From assembly GCA_040954595.2 (NCBI GenBank), contig CM082596.2:9382461-9446460 (forward strand): DNA of 64,000 nucleotides, in the 5' to 3' direction. A model generated the notes under the pieces. It was not told the DNA's origin, did no database searches, and worked only from the letters and a program-made list of their open reading frames with translations. The position numbers and the translations under genes are program-made. The DNA comes from Balanoglossus misakiensis. Taxonomy: Eukaryota > Animalia > Hemichordata. This document shows positions 53,301-64,000 of this stretch, piece after piece (position 1 is the first letter of the stretch; every line of letters begins with the position of its first letter).

Positions 53301-56300
53301 AGGTTGACCCAATCAAACACTCGAAATTAATAGGCAGAATACTGTCCACTCTCCGTCTGGTTACTGTCTGGCCTGGTTAATGTTGACGCAACGGTTGACC
53401 CCACCAAACACTCAAAATTAATGGGCAGAATACTGTCCACTCTCCGCCTGGTTACTTTCAGGCCTGGTTAATGTTGACGCAAAGGTTGACCCAACCAAAC
53501 ACTCGAAATTAATGGGCAGGATACTGTCCACTCTGGCCTTGTTACTGTCTGGCCTGGTTAATGTTGACGCAAAGGTTGACCCCACCAAACACTCAAAATT
53601 AATGGACAGGATACTGTCCACTCTGGCCTGGTTACTGTCTGGCCTGGTTAATGTTGACGCAAAGGTTGACCCCACCATACACTCGAAGTTAATGGACAGG
53701 ATACTGTCCACTCTGGCCTGGTTACTGTCTGGCCTGGTTAATGTTGACGCACATGTTGACCCCACCAAACACTCGAAATTAATGGACAGGATACTGTCCA
53801 CTCTGGCCTGGTTACTGTCTGGCCTGGTTAATGTTGACGCAAAGGTTGACCCCACCAAACACTCAAAATTAATGGACAGGATACTGTCCACTCTGGCCTG
53901 GTTACTGTCTGGCCTGGTTAATGTTGACGCAAAGGTTGACCCCACCAAACACTCAAAATTAATGGACAGAATAATGTCCACTCTGGTCTGGTTAATGTCT
54001 GGCCTGGTTAATGTTGACGCAAAGGTTGACCCCACCAAACACTCGAAATTAATGGGCAGAATACTGTCCACTCTGGCCTGGTTACTGTCTGGCCTGGTTA
54101 ATGTTGACGCAAAGGTTGACCCCACCAAACACTCAAAATTAATGGGCAGGATACTGTCCACTCTGGCCTTGTTACTGACTTGCCTGGTTAATGTTGACGC
54201 AAAGGTTGACCCAACCAAACACTCAAAATTAATGGGCAGGATACTGTCCACTCTGGCCTTGTTAATGTCTGGCCTGGTTAATGTTGACGCAAAGGTTGAC
54301 CCAACCAAACACTCAAAATTAATGGGCAGGATACTGTCCACTCTGGGCTTGTTACTGTCTGGCCTGGTTAATGTTGACGCAAAGGTTGACCCCACCAAAC
54401 ACTCGAAATTAATGGGCAGAATACTGTCCACTTTGGCCTGGTTACTGTCTGGCCTGGTTAATGTTGACGCAAAGGTTGACCCCACCAAACACTCAAAATT
54501 AATGGGTAGGATACTGTCCACTCTGGCCTTGTTACTGACTGGCCTGGTTAATGTTGACGCAAAGGTTGACCCAACCAAACACTCAAAATTAATGGGCAGG
54601 ATACTGTCCACTCTGGCCTTGTTACTGTCTGGCCTGGTTAATGTTGACGCAAAGGTTGACCCAACCAAACACTCGAAATTAATGGGCAGGATACTGTCCA
54701 CTCTGGCCTGGTTACTGTCTGGCCTGGTTAATGTTGACGCAAAGGTTGACCCCACCAAACACTCGAAATTAATGGGCAGGATACTGTCCACTCTGGCCTT
54801 GTTACTGACTGGCCTGGTTAATGTTGACGCAAAGGTTGACCCAACCAAACACTCGAAATTAATGGGCAGGATACTGTCCACTCTGGGCTTGTTACTGTCT
54901 GGCCTGGTTAATGTTGATGCAAAGGTTGACCCCACCAAACACTCGAAATTAATGGGCAGGATACTGTCCACTCTGGCCTTGTTACTGACTGGCCTGGTTA
55001 ATGTTGACGCAAAGGTTGACCCCACCAAACACTCGAAATTAATGGGCAGGATACTGTCCACTCTGGCCTTGTTACTGACTGGCCTGGTTAATGTTGACGC
55101 AAAGGTTGACCCAACCAAACACTCGAAATTAATGGGCAGGATACTGTCCACTCTGGCCTTGTTACTGTCTGGCCTGGTTAATGTTGACGCAAAGGTTGAC
55201 CCAACCAAACACTCGAAATTGATGGGCAGGATACTGTCCACTCTGGCCTGGTTACTGTCTGGCCTGGTTAATGTTGACGCAAAGGTTGACCCCACCAAAC
55301 ACTCGAAATTAATGGGCAGGATACTGTCCACTCTGGCCTTGTTACTGTCTGGCCTGGTTAATGTTGACGCAAAGGTTGACCCCACCAAACACTCGAAATT
55401 AATGGGCAGGATACTGTCCACTCTGGTCTGGTTACTGTCTGGCCTGGTTAATGTTGACGCAAAGGTTGACCCCACCAAACACTCGAAATTAATGGGCAGG
55501 ATACTGTCCACTCTGGCCTGGTTACTATCTGGCCTGGTTAATGTTGACGCAAAGGTTGACCCCACCAAACACTCAAAATTCATGGGCAGAATACTGTCCA
55601 CTCTGGCCTGGTTACTGTCTGGCCTGGTTAATGTTGACGCAAAGGTTGACCCCACCAAACACTTGAAATTAATGGGCAGGATACTGTCCACTCTGGCCTT
55701 GTTACTGTCTGGCCTGGTTAATGTTGACGCAAAGATTGACCCAACCAAACACTCGAAATTAATGGGCAGGATACTGTCCACTCTGGCCTTGTTACTGTCT
55801 GGCCTGGTTAATGTTGACGCAAAGGTTGACCCCACCAAACACTCGAAATTAATGGGCAGAATACTGTCCACTCTGGCCTGGTTACTGTCTGGCCTGGTTA
55901 ATGTTGACGCAAAGGTTGACCCCACCAAACACTCGAAATTAATGGGCAGGATACTGTCCACTCTGGCCTTGTTACTGAATGGCCTGGTTAATGTTGACGC
56001 AAAGGTTGACCCAACCAAACACTCGAAATTAATGGGCAGGATACTGTCCACTCTGGCCTTGTTACTGTCTGGCCTGGTTAATGTTGACGCAAAGGTTGAC
56101 CCAACCAAACACTCGAAATTAATGGGCAGGATACTGTCCACTCTGGCCTTGTTACTGTCTGGCCTGGTTAATGTTGACGCAAAGGTTGACCCCACCAAAC
56201 ACTCGAAATTAATGGGCAGAATACTGTCCACTCTGGCCTGGTTACTGTCTGGCCTGGTTAATGTTGACGCAAAGGTTGACCCCACCAAACACTCGAAATT

Positions 56301-59300
56301 AATGGGCAGGATACTGTCCACTCTGGCCTTGTTACTGAATGGCCTGGTTAATGTTGACGCAAAGGTTGACCCCACCAAACACTCGAAATTAATGGGCAGG
56401 ATACTGTCCACTCTGGCCTTGTTACTGACTGGCCTGGTTAATGTTGACGCAAAGGTTGACCCAACCAAACACTCGAAATTAATGGGCAGGATACTGTCCA
56501 CTCTGGCCTTGTTACTGTCTGGCCTGGTTAATATTGACGCAAAGGTTGACCCAACCAAACACTCGAAATTAATGGGCAGGATACTGTCTACTCTGGTCTG
56601 GTTACTGTCTGGCCTGGTTAATGTTGACGCAAAGGTTGACCCCACCAAACACTCGAAATTCATGGGCAGGATACTGTCCACTTTTGCCTTGTTACTGTCT
56701 GGCCTGGTTAATGTTGACGCAAAGGTTGACCCCACCAAACACTCGAAATTAATGTGCAGGATACTGTCCACTCTGGCCTGGTTACTGTCTGGCCTGGTTA
56801 ATGTTGACGCAAAGGTTGACCCCACCAAACACTCGAAATTAATGGGCAGGATACTGTCCACTCTGGCCTTGTTACTGTCTGGCCTGGTTAATGTTGACGC
56901 AAAGGTTGAACCCACCAAACACTCGAAATTCATGGGCAGAATACTGTCCACTCTGGCCTTGTTACTGTCTGGCCTGGTTAATGTTGACGCAAAGGTTGAC
57001 CCCACCAAACACTCGAAATTCATGGGCAGGATACTGTCCACTCTGGCCTGGTTACTGTCTGGCCTGGTTAATGTTGACGCAAAGGTTGACCCCACCAAAC
57101 ACTCGAAATTAATGGGCAGGATACTGTCCACTCTGGCCTTGTTACTGTCTGGCCTGGTTAATGTTGACACAAAGGTTGACCCCACCAAACACTCGAAATT
57201 CATGGGCAGAATACTGTCCACTCAGGCCAGGATACTGTCTGGCCTGGTTAATGTTGACACAAAGGTTGACCCCACCAAACACTCGAAATTCATGGGCAGA
57301 ATACTGTCCACTCTGGCCAGGATACTGTCTGGCCTGGTTAATGTTGACGCAAAGGTTGACCCAACCAAACACTCGAAATTAATGGGCAGAATACTGTCCA
57401 CTCTCCGTCTGGTTACTTTCAGGCCTGGTTAATGTTGACGCAAAGGTTGACCCAACCAAACACTCGAAATTAATAGGCAGAATACTGTCCACTCTGGCCT
57501 TGTTACTGTCTGGCCTGGTTAATGTTGACGCAAAGGTTGACCCCACCAAACACTCGAAATTAATGGGCAGGATACTGTCCACTCTGGCCTTGTTACTGAC
57601 TGGCCTGGTTAATGTTGACGCAAAGGTTGACCCAACCAAACACTCGAAATTAATGGGCAGGATACTGTCCACTCTGGCCTTGTTACTGTCTGGCCTGGTT
57701 AATATTGATGCAAAGGTTGACCCAACCAAACACTCAAAATTAATGGGCAGGATACTGTCCACTCTGGTCTGGTTACTGTCTGGCCTGGTTAATGTTGACG
57801 CAAAGGTTGACCCCACCAAACACTCGAAATTCATGGGCAGGATACTGTCCACTCTTGCCTTGTTACTGTCTGGCCTGGTTAATGTTGACGCAACGGTTGA
57901 CCCCACCAAACACTTGAAATTAATGGGCAGAATACTGTCCACTCTCCGTCTGGTTACTTTCAGGCCTGGTTAATGTTGACGCAAAGGTTGACCCCACCAA
58001 ACACTCGAAATTAATGTGCAGGATACTGTCCACTCTGGCCTGGTTACTGTCTGGCCTGGTTAATGTTGACGCAAAGGTTGACCCCACCAAACACTCGAAA
58101 TTAATGGGCAGGATACTGTCCACTCTGGCCTTGTTACTGTCTGGCCTGGTTAATGTTGACGCAAAGGTTGAACCCACCAAACACTCGAAATTCATGGGCA
58201 GAATACTGTCCACTCTGGCCTTGTTACTGTCTGGCCTGGTTAATGTTGACGCAAAGGTTGACCCCACCAAACACTCGAAATTCATGGGCAGGATACTGTC
58301 CACTCTGGCCTGGTTACTGTCTGGCCTGGTTAATGTTGACGCAAAGGTTGACCCCACCAAACACTCGAAATTAATGGGCAGGATACTGTCCACTCTGGCC
58401 TTGTTACTGTCTGGCCTGGTTAATGTTGACACAAAGGTTGACCCCACCAAACACTCGAAATTCATGGGCAGAATACTGTCCACTCAGGCCAGGATACTGT
58501 CTGGCCTGGTTAATGTTGACACAAAGGTTGACCCCACCAAACACTCGAAATTCATGGGCAGAATACTGTCCACTCTGGCCAGGATACTGTCTGGCCTGGT
58601 TAATGTTGACGCAAAGGTTGACCCCACCAAACACTTGAAATTCATGGGCAGAATACTGTCCACTCTCCGTCTGGTTACTTTCAGGCCTGGTTAATGTTGA
58701 CGCAAAGGTTGACCCAACCAAACACTCGAAATTAATAGGCAGAATACTGTCCACTCTGGCCTTGTTACTGTCTGGCCTGGTTAATGTTGACGCAACGGTT
58801 GACCCCACCAAACACTTGAAATTAATGGGATGAATACTGTCCACTCTCCGTCTGGTTACTTTCAGGCCTGGTTAATGTTGACGCAAAGGTTGACCCCACC
58901 AAACACTCGAAATTAATGGGCAGGATACTGTCCACTCTGGCCTGGTTACTGTCTGGCCTGGTTAATGTTGACGCAAAGGTTGACCCCACCAAACACTCGA
59001 AATTAATGGGCAGGATTCTGTCCACTCTGGCCTTGTTACTGTCTGGCCTGGTTAATGTTGACGCAAAGGTTGAACCCACCAAACACTCGAAATTCATGGG
59101 CAGAATACTGTCCACTCTCCGTCTGGTTACTTTCAGGCCTGGTTAATGTTGACGCAAAGGTTGACCCCACCAAACACTCGAAATTCATGGGCAGGATACT
59201 GTCCACTCTGGCCTGCTTACTGTCTGGCCTGGTTAATGTTGACGCAAAGGTTGACCCCACCAAACACTCGAAATTAATGGGCAGGATACTGTCCACTCTG

Positions 59301-62300
59301 GCCTTGTTACTGTCTGGCCTGGTTAATGTTGACACAAAGGTTGACCCCACCAAACACTCGAAATTCATGGGCAGAATACTGTCCACTCAGGCCAGGATAC
59401 TGTCTGGCCTGGTTAATGTTGACACAAAGGTTGACCCCACCAAACACTCGAAATTCATGGGCAGAATACTGTCCACTCTGGCCAGGATACTGTCTGGCCT
59501 GGTTAATGTTGACGCAAAGGTTGACCCCACCAAACACTTGAAATTCATGGGCAGAATACTGTCCACTCTCCGTCTGGTTACTTTCAGGCCTGGTTAATGT
59601 TGACGCAAAGGTTGACCCAACCAAACACTCGAAATTAATAGGCAGAATACTGTCCACTCTGGCCTTGTTACTGTCTGGCCTGGTTAATGTTGACGCAAAG
59701 GTTGACCCCACCAAACACTCGAAATTAATGGGCAGGATACTGTCCACTCTGGCCTTGTTACTGTCTGGCCTGGTTAATGTTGACGCAACGGTTGACCCCA
59801 CCAAACACTTGAAATTAATGGGCAAAATACTGTCCACTCTCCGTCTGGTTACTTTCAGGCCTGGTTAATGTTGACGCAAAGGTTGACCCCACCAAACACT
59901 CAAAATTAATGGGCAGGATACTGTCCACTCTGGCCTTGTTACTGTCTGGCCTGGTTAATGTTGACACAAAGGTTGACCCCACCAAACACTCGAAATTAAT
60001 GGGCAGGATACTGTCCACTCTGGCCTTGTTACTGTCTGGCCTGGTTAATGTTGACGCAACGGTTGACCCCACCAAACACTTGAAATTAATGGGCAGAATA
60101 CTGTCCACTCTCCGTCTGGTTACTTTCAGGCCTGGTTAATGTTGACGCAAAGGTTGACCCAACCAAACACTCGAAATTAATAGGCAGAATACTGTCCACT
60201 CTGGCCTTGTTACTGTCTGGCCTGGTTAATGTTGACGCAAAGGTTGACCCCACCAAACACTCGAAATTAATGGGCAGGATACTGTCCACTCTGGCCTTGT
60301 TACTGTCTGGCCTGGTTAATGTTGACGCAACGGTTGACCCCACCAAACACTTGAAATTAATGGGCAGAATACTGTCCACTCTCCGTCTGGTTACTTTCAG
60401 GCCTGGTTAATGTTGACGCAAAGGTTGACCCCACCAAACACTCGAAATTAATGGGCAGGATACTGTCCACTCTGGCCTTGTTACTGTCTGGCCTGGTTAA
60501 TGTTGACACAAAGGTTGACCCCACCAAACACTCGAAATTCATGGGCAGAATACTGTCCACTCTGGCCAGGATACTGTCTGGCCTGGTTAATGTTGACACA
60601 AAGGTTGACCCCACCAAACACTTGAAATTCATGGGCAGAATACTGTCCACTCTCCGTCTGGTTACTTTCAGGCCTGGTTAATGTTGACGCAAAGGTTGAC
60701 CCAACCAAACACTCGAAATTAATAAGCAGAATACTGTCCACTCTGGCCTTGTAACTGTCTGGCCTGATTAATGTTGACGCAAAGGTTGACCCCACCAAAC
60801 ACTTGAAATTAATGGGCAGAATACTGTCCAATCTCCGCCTGGTTACTGTCTGGCCTGGTTAATGTTGACGCAACGGTTGACCCCACCAAACACTCGAAAT
60901 TAATGGGCAGGATACTGTCCACTCCGGCCTTGTTACTGTCTGGCCTAGTTAATGTTGACGGAAAGGTTGACCCCACCAAACACTCGAAATTAATGGGCAG
61001 AATACTGTCCAATCTCCGTCTGGTTACTGTCTGGCCTGGTTAATGTTGACGCAAAGGTTGACCCCACCAAACACTCGAAATTAATGTGCAGGATACTGTC
61101 CACTCTGGCCTTGTTACTGTCTGGCCTGGTTAATGTTGACGCAACGGTTGACCCCACCAAACACTTGAAATTAATGGGCAGAATACTGTCCAATCTCCGC
61201 CTGGTTACTGTCTGGCCTGGTTAATGTTGACGCAACGGTTGACCCCACCAAACACTCGAAATTAATGTGCAGGATACTGTCCACTCCGGCCTTGTTACTG
61301 TCTGGCCTAGTTAATGTTGACGGAAAGGTTGACCCCACCAAACACTCGAAATTAATGGGCAGAATACTGTCCAATCTCCGCCTGGTTACTGTCTGGCCTG
61401 GTTAATGTTGACGCAAAGGTTGACCCCACCAAACACTCGAAATTAATGGGCAGGATACTGTCCACTCTGGCCTTGTTACTGTCTGGCCTGGTTAATGTTG
61501 ACGCAAAGGTTGACCCCACCAAACACTTGAAATTCATGGGCAGAATACTGTCCACTCTCCGCCTGGTTACTTTCAGGCCTGGTTAATGTTGACGCAAAGG
61601 TTGACCCAACCAAACACTCGAAATTAATAGGCAGAATACTGTCCACTCTGGCCAGGATACTGTCTGGCCTGGTTAATGTTGACGCAAAGGTTGACCCCAC
61701 CAAACACTTGAAATTCATGGGCAGAATACTGTCCACTCTCCGTCTGGTTACTTTCAGGCCTGGTTAATGTTGACGCAAAGGTTGACCCAACCAAACACTC
61801 GAAATTAATAGGCAGAATACTGTCCACTCTGGCCTTGTTACTGTCTGGCCTGGTTAATGTTGACGCAAAGGTTGACCCCACCAAACACTCGAAATTAATG
61901 GGCAGGATACTGTCCACTCTGGCCTTGTTACTGTCTGGCCTGGTTAATGTTGACGCAACGGTTGACCCCACCAAACACTTGAAATTAATGGGCAAAATAC
62001 TGTCCACTCTCCGTCTGGTTACTTTCAGGCCTGGTTAATGTTGACGCAAAGGTTGACCCCACCAAACACTCAAAATTAATGGGCAGGATACTGTCCACTC
62101 TGGCCTTGTTACTGTCTGGCCTGGTTAATGTTGACACAAAGGTTGACCCCACCAAACACTCGAAATTAATGGGCAGGATACTGTCCACTCTGGCCTTGTT
62201 ACTGTCTGGCCTGGTTAATGTTGACGCAACGGTTGACCCCACCAAACACTTGAAATTAATGGGCAGAATACTGTCCACTCTCCGTCTGGTTACTTTCAGG

Positions 62301-63884
62301 CCTGGTTAATGTTGACGCAAAGGTTGACCCAACCAAACACTCGAAATTAATAGGCAGAATACTGTCCACTCTGGCCTTGTTACTGTCTGGCCTGGTTAAT
62401 GTTGACGCAAAGGTTGACCCCACCAAACACTCGAAATTAATGGGCAGGATACTGTCCACTCTGGCCTTGTTACTGTCTGGCCTGGTTAATGTTGACGCAA
62501 CGGTTGACCCCACCAAACACTTGAAATTAATGGGCAGAATACTGTCCACTCTCCGTCTGGTTACTTTCAGGCCTGGTTAATGTTGACGCAAAGGTTGACC
62601 CCACCAAACACTCGAAATTAATGGGCAGGATACTGTCCACTCTGGCCTTGTTACTGTCTGGCCTGGTTAATGTTGACACAAAGGTTGACCCCACCAAACA
62701 CTCGAAATTCATGGGCAGAATACTGTCCACTCTGGCCAGGATACTGTCTGGCCTGGTTAATGTTGACACAAAGGTTGACCCCACCAAACACTTGAAATTC
62801 ATGGGCAGAATACTGTCCACTCTCCGTCTGGTTACTTTCAGGCCTGGTTAATGTTGACGCAAAGGTTGACCCAACCAAACACTCGAAATTAATAAGCAGA
62901 ATACTGTCCACTCTGGCCTTGTAACTGTCTGGCCTGATTAATGTTGACGCAAAGGTTGACCCCACCAAACACTTGAAATTAATGGGCAGAATACTGTCCA
63001 ATCTCCGCCTGGTTACTGTCTGGCCTGGTTAATGTTGACGCAACGGTTGACCCCACCAAACACTCGAAATTAATGGGCAGGATACTGTCCACTCCGGCCT
63101 TGTTACTGTCTGGCCTAGTTAATGTTGACGGAAAGGTTGACCCCACCAAACACTCGAAATTAATGGGCAGAATACTGTCCAATCTCCGTCTGGTTACTGT
63201 CTGGCCTGGTTAATGTTGACGCAAAGGTTGACCCCACCAAACACTCGAAATTAATGTGCAGGATACTGTCCACTCTGGCCTTGTTACTGTCTGGCCTGGT
63301 TAATGTTGACGCAACGGTTGACCCCACCAAACACTTGAAATTAATGGGCAGAATACTGTCCAATCTCCGCCTGGTTACTGTCTGGCCTGGTTAATGTTGA
63401 CGCAACGGTTGACCCCACCAAACACTCGAAATTAATGTGCAGGATACTGTCCACTCCGGCCTTGTTACTGTCTGGCCTAGTTAATGTTGACGGAAAGGTT
63501 GACCCCACCAAACACTCGAAATTAATGGGCAGAATACTGTCCAATCTCCGCCTGGTTACTGTCTGGCCTGGTTAATGTTGACGCAAAGGTTGACCCCACC
63601 AAACACTCGAAATTAATGGGCAGGATACTGTCCACTCTGGCCTTGTTACTGTCTGGCCTGGTTAATGTTGACGCAAAGGTTGACCCCACCAAACACTTGA
63701 AATTCATGGGCAGAATACTGTCCACTCTCCGCCTGGTTACTTTCAGGCCTGGTTAATGTTGACGCAAAGGTTGACCCAACCAAACACTCGAAATTAATAG
63801 GCAGAATACTGTCCACTCTCCGCCTGGTTACTGTCTGGCCTGGTTAATGTTGACGCAACGGTTGACCCCACCAAACACTCAAAA
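50336..63884. repeat. 90-bp satellite array (~150 units, 13.5 kb) with higher-order structure
   Basis: Consensus ATGGGCAGGATACTGTCCACTCTGGCCTKGTTACTGTCTGGCCTGGTTAATGTTGACGCAAAGGTTGACCCCACCAAACACTCGAAATTA; 89- and 91-bp variants; both array ends lie inside the window. Confidence 0.99.
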
Positions 63885-64000
63885 CCAGATATTAACTGAA
63901 TATGCTCACGTGCAGTACTGTGATTGGTTGACAGAATAACAAGAACAGAAAAACCAGTGTTAAACCATGTTGGTTTATAGTGTATATGGTGTAAGGGTTG

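Noticed and set aside
50349-63725. Satellite ORFs as annotated protein-coding genes
   Set aside because: They follow from a stop-free 90-bp unit, occur on both strands and are repeatedly frameshifted by 89/91-bp units; kept only as a hypothesis in findings.

Overview
AT-rich, repeat-dense eukaryotic (metazoan, probably marine invertebrate; inferred from the TE spectrum) genomic window with no recognisable intact host protein-coding gene. The first 28 kb is a mosaic of decayed LINEs (RTE, Rex1/Babar, L2), a defective Tc1 element, PIF/Harbinger-type and other MITEs, and a 4-kb set of nested inverted repeats; a weak minus-strand chain of exon candidates lies at 15.6-22.7 kb. From 28.7 to 48.6 kb there is a plus-strand series of homologous 73-102 nt exon-like units with canonical splice sites, produced by tandem segmental duplication and interrupted by Academ-, P/Galileo-like and Crypton-like non-autonomous elements. 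At 50086-50153 the exact MALAT1-type A-rich tract AAAAAGCAAAA is directly followed by a 57-nt tRNA-like (mascRNA-like) fold, the most intriguing signal here, although the canonical adjacent U-rich ENE hairpin is not visible. The last 13.5 kb is a complete 90-bp satellite array (~150 units) with nested higher-order repeats; its long ORFs on both strands derive from the stop-free repeat unit.
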